From contig JBILEK010000004.1 of NCBI GenBank assembly GCA_044352155.1, forward strand, positions 1-62,975: a stretch of DNA of 62,975 bases, given 5' to 3'. Made by a program: the position numbers and the translations under genes. The stretch is from Bdellovibrionia bacterium (GTDB lineage: Bacteria; Bdellovibrionota; UBA1018; JBILEK01). The notes below the pieces were generated by a model. That model saw only the letters and a list, made by a program, of their open reading frames with translations. It was not told the origin of the DNA and ran no database searches. Shown here in pieces: positions 61,001 through 62,975 of this stretch (its first letter is position 1; every line of letters begins with the position of its first letter).

Positions 61001-62238
61001 TTAACTCTTCAAAAGCACACTACTTAAAGAGTCCAAACATTTTGCGCTTTAAAAAACCCCCGCTCAACGTCGCGCAGTGGAAACCTGATTTCAACTTTGA
61101 CTCATGCACTACTGCACCTTGTTCGATCTCTCGAGTCGTGACGACTGCAAACGCGATCTTAAGTGGTCTTTACAGCACTTGTCATGCTCAGTTCACAGAA
61201 AAACCAATCCGAGACACCTGGGATGATATGCGCTGCTCTGATCCAGGAGGGACTCCCATTCTGTCTCAGGTGAGCAAAAATTTTAGCCCAGGGCATGCTT
61301 GGATCGTTGATGTACCAAATAGTGATCAAATCTTGATTAGTGGAATTAAGTTTATGGGAGACACCCCAGGAGACGAGCCTGGCAGCTCTGCTCCGGACAC
61401 GCTTGCCTACGACCCCATCGAGCTTCTGTACTACGATCAAAAAGTCCTTGCCGGTAGTGATGGAAGTGTTCCGTTAGCAGAGAGCTTCGCCGCAAAAACT
61501 GCGCGTATTTCCTGGAGCTTTAATCGGCCGCGCGAGCTCAATAGTTCCGCCTTCGTTGAAGAAGAGCCAACGAATGTGATTTTCGGTCTCAGCACAGAAA
61601 GCGCTCAGTCTCAAGTGAGCGCGCGATCACTCCCCATCACCCAATACAACTCAAACGATCAGCTCCTTAATCCTGCGCCTCGGATTTGGACAGGTCGTGG
61701 GAGTTTTGCAAGCTCCTACGCGTACTCGTTGATGCAAAGATGTGTCGTATTGCCAGAGGTGAAAGTGCTGGTTGGGTTTTACGTTTGCGATCGGCTCGAA
61801 ATCGAGTCCAGAACACCTGCACAAGGTGATCTCTTCTTGATTGGATCGTTCATTTTGGGGCAGCTTGATCTTCCGAAAACTCTTGCCGTTAACATCCACT
61901 TCTACCCACTCGATCATCCTTTGGCTCAAAGACATTTAAGAGAGAATCAAATTTTTAAAACCTCTCCGCCCGCGCCGAACCCGCCCGGTGAGTGCCCTTC
62001 GGTTTATGGTCGATCAACTGCGATCCCCTCTCTTCTTCAAATGAGCGAGGCACAAAAGCAGATCTACCTCTCGTGCGAGGCGTCATCCATCCGAGGACTT
62101 GCCGTCCCGTTTCGATGGACAGTGATCGACCCTGAGTGTGGACCAGATCCCTCTCAAAACAACGAGTGGAGGTGCCAGGTTCCGGATTGGTTTCGACGTT
62201 TCAGACTGCTCCGTTTGGGGGGAGAAATCGTGCAATGA
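58093..62238 (+). CDS. Giant (1381-aa) Cys-rich protein with PilX_N-like uncleaved N-terminal anchor; putative pilus-associated/tip protein
   Basis: GTG start preceded by GGGGAGGGGGG. The N-terminus IHQQGASTLLLVMIIGGATVTITTSIGAY resembles PilX_N. I count ~33 Cys. The stop overlaps the next gene start (ATGA at 62235-62238). Confidence 0.75.
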   Translation: MSKGACSRIHQQGASTLLLVMIIGGATVTITTSIGAYQIFSAKMGHSERMKRFRKGNIQSVAQYLELAIRNRWCITKDLKRNIVCNPGLLNETGRATERITLAPATLEKLKSTGAIPSDQAIPESDHRYPYIKGSIPSNCSLSDLASVAESHPLKQSLTDFETDYKCLRWAVRRECASQEALTSAPSLTDCSVQDSMGESIGDEVRISLSIELVHKNLLGKNLKLNQLLAVSPRRIFTYSAIFKGDLSASPAYNLNGQGLSNLNPASAEPMIRSYDSRIRFPTQSGTDSLKSVIFHGPVLTNGDLILQPIPAPSASPRAQVTFNDTVYLSGGRVRTYNASTGALEELQVSDPTIQLAKSSGFGGLKKGVLQDASPDPGIECLLPNQFEVSTLMVPQGSEATGYYPQQCLAGVPLSRLAAFVRAQGLGDFTNTQFSALLVRQHTGGFPWAGPTPAPGSGSSAFARQSLILGLSEKNYFKSQSILNESVKSKSLPTSPPFTDYFRESNPPLKVSPEFPQKPSDVWGSTPPVGANNQAQWADFNNSVSGSVDPRLSGTRNDPIVRAFFSAKKNNAYHSMIELGLGVRDRFEIPLKPWLPKSASVTQTPWQNAIATTTGSCEVPIGSCVQNLKCGATVFPCEVSSPPPTLGNRYTELKFAYDTIKGLKADLTLRKVGFAQALSGALNFCNQKLQELKTCCNENSNSDGDAACNSQASDALTSLSSCESPLDSQMQQMIESGITGACESKENEFFLAKQASSQTAPPLEFYTALPTLFEPERLTLEAAITDLKDIVDADENLCPANLNALPSGRIACADDLIVRSQQILGEIKNRFDPLFRLIKQAPEAEAEEYLVGETAPMITQVSMPKIEIESRPIAHRHTLAGKGSNTESARYYWRSDQVRLDLWVRDTEYLDWSRDDFSLQMEIEAFDAASSNEHDQVSLDSSARELSTLGPNCSRDTENDSQQSCASTNFNSSKAHYLKSPNILRFKKPPLNVAQWKPDFNFDSCTTAPCSISRVVTTANAILSGLYSTCHAQFTEKPIRDTWDDMRCSDPGGTPILSQVSKNFSPGHAWIVDVPNSDQILISGIKFMGDTPGDEPGSSAPDTLAYDPIELLYYDQKVLAGSDGSVPLAESFAAKTARISWSFNRPRELNSSAFVEEEPTNVIFGLSTESAQSQVSARSLPITQYNSNDQLLNPAPRIWTGRGSFASSYAYSLMQRCVVLPEVKVLVGFYVCDRLEIESRTPAQGDLFLIGSFILGQLDLPKTLAVNIHFYPLDHPLAQRHLRENQIFKTSPPAPNPPGECPSVYGRSTAIPSLLQMSEAQKQIYLSCEASSIRGLAVPFRWTVIDPECGPDPSQNNEWRCQVPDWFRRFRLLRLGGEIVQ

Positions 62239-62726
62239 GCCGAAAACTTATCGGAAGAAAAGGCTCATCTTTAATCGAGGTTATGTTGAGCGCTGCGATC
62301 TTAGCTGCGATGGCGATGCTCGTGTTTCACCAGAGGATTGAGTTCAAAAAGTTTAATCAAAAGCAGTCGGATCTCGATACGGGAGCGATGATCGTTGAGA
62401 CTCTAATGGATCAGATTCGATCGCGAGTCGCTGTGTTTCCGAAAAGCTTTGTTCCCACTGGTCAGTGCGAGACTGCGGAGACTCCTCCACTTGAAAACTG
62501 GACGATCGCCTGGTCAGGAAACTTTTTTGGAAAGCGTACGGACTGTCTGTCCTGTGACGGGAAAGCAATCTACTACATCTGTCAGGCTCGCGTGACACTC
62601 GATGATGGAACAGATCATACCTCGCTCTACACTGGCTTATACCGGGTACGAATCCTCCTCTATCATCCGAGCTTTACGGGTGGAGATCAGATGCGCGAGT
62701 ACCGCTTTATGGTGGCTTCACGATGA
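62235..62726 (+). CDS. Prepilin-type N-terminal cleavage/methylation protein (PilV/GspI-like minor pilin)
   Basis: Class III signal MSRKLIGRKG|SSLIEVMLSAAILAAMAMLVF has Gly-1 and Glu+5. The protein is 163 aa. There are ATGA overlaps at both ends. Confidence 0.75.
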   Translation: MSRKLIGRKGSSLIEVMLSAAILAAMAMLVFHQRIEFKKFNQKQSDLDTGAMIVETLMDQIRSRVAVFPKSFVPTGQCETAETPPLENWTIAWSGNFFGKRTDCLSCDGKAIYYICQARVTLDDGTDHTSLYTGLYRVRILLYHPSFTGGDQMREYRFMVASR

Positions 62727-62975
62727 GATCAAACACAGGTCTTAGTCTTGTCGAAGTCCTTCTGGCTTGCGGGATGCTGAGTGTAATCACGCTTTCCATC
62801 AGCGGAGTTTTTCAGGATGTGTTTAGGACCGAAAAAATTGCACGCGCAGATCTTCAAAAACTTGCCGACAGTCGCCTCGGCGGGATCATTCTGCGACGAG
62901 ATCTTTTTCGCGCTTCACCCTCTTTTGATGTCCTCAGCCTCCCAGCAAAAACGCCAGGACCTAACTCCTCCCCTT
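62723..62975 (+). CDS. Prepilin-type N-terminal protein (PilW-like minor pilin), 5' part; continues beyond window
   Basis: My hand translation gives MRSNTG|LSLVEVLLACGMLSVITLSISGVFQDVFRTEKIARADLQKLADSRLGGIILRRDLFRASP..., open to the window end. Gly-1 and Glu+5 are present. This ORF is not in the ORF track because it is truncated. Confidence 0.7.
   Translation, partial: MRSNTGLSLVEVLLACGMLSVITLSISGVFQDVFRTEKIARADLQKLADSRLGGIILRRDLFRASPSFDVLSLPAKTPGPNSSP

Noticed and set aside
1-62975. Search by eye for CRISPR arrays, IS elements/transposases, integrases, prophage genes, rRNA, tmRNA, RNase P, SRP RNA and riboswitch-like leaders
   Set aside because: I recognised no regularly spaced direct repeats, no DDE, tyrosine or serine recombinase motifs, and no conserved RNA cores. 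Absence by eye is not proof, and an Infernal/ISfinder scan would settle it.

Overview
This 62,975-bp window is a chromosomal segment of a Gram-negative bacterium. Protein signatures suggest a Bdellovibrionota / delta-proteobacteria-like lineage, but this is inference only: a Myxococcus/Bdellovibrio-type pilin helix, a DUF1554-like lipoprotein, a sigma-54 activator with an FHA-like N-domain, and many secreted Cys-rich hypotheticals. I call about 60 protein genes and one tRNA-Leu(CAA). I saw no rRNA, CRISPR array, transposase or integrase. Core blocks: (1) nudix CoA pyrophosphatase and epmA; (2) lgt-rluD plus a heterodimeric ABC exporter; (3) LD-carboxypeptidase and engB; (4) a sigma-54 activator; (5) accA-yicC-gmk-rel-folE; (6) lipA-E2-lpd-lipB; (7) lspA, prolyl oligopeptidase, GH31 glucosidase, mltB, pirin and a redoxin. 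Between these lie envelope or secreted genes of unknown function. The best candidate for an undescribed system is at the 3' end (58093-62975). A 1381-aa Cys-rich protein with a PilX_N-like uncleaved anchor is translationally coupled (ATGA overlaps) to two prepilin-type (PilV/PilW-like) pseudopilins, and the operon runs off the window. Two other pilus-type N-terminal anchors occur in the window: an orphan 770-aa TadG_N-like protein at 33199 and a degenerate pilin-like ORF at 55530. Other loci worth follow-up: (a) an XRE-HTH / minimal-nucleotidyltransferase pair backed onto a DUF4143 ATPase (672-2883); (b) a 1219-aa surface protein with 7 Ig-like repeats, a GLUG region and a dockerin-like tail; (c) a charge-bipolar Lys-rich/acidic protein carrying A8/A9 tracts; (d) a small gene islet next to the tRNA-Leu 3' end. 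All functional calls come from motif reading by eye. No database search was run.
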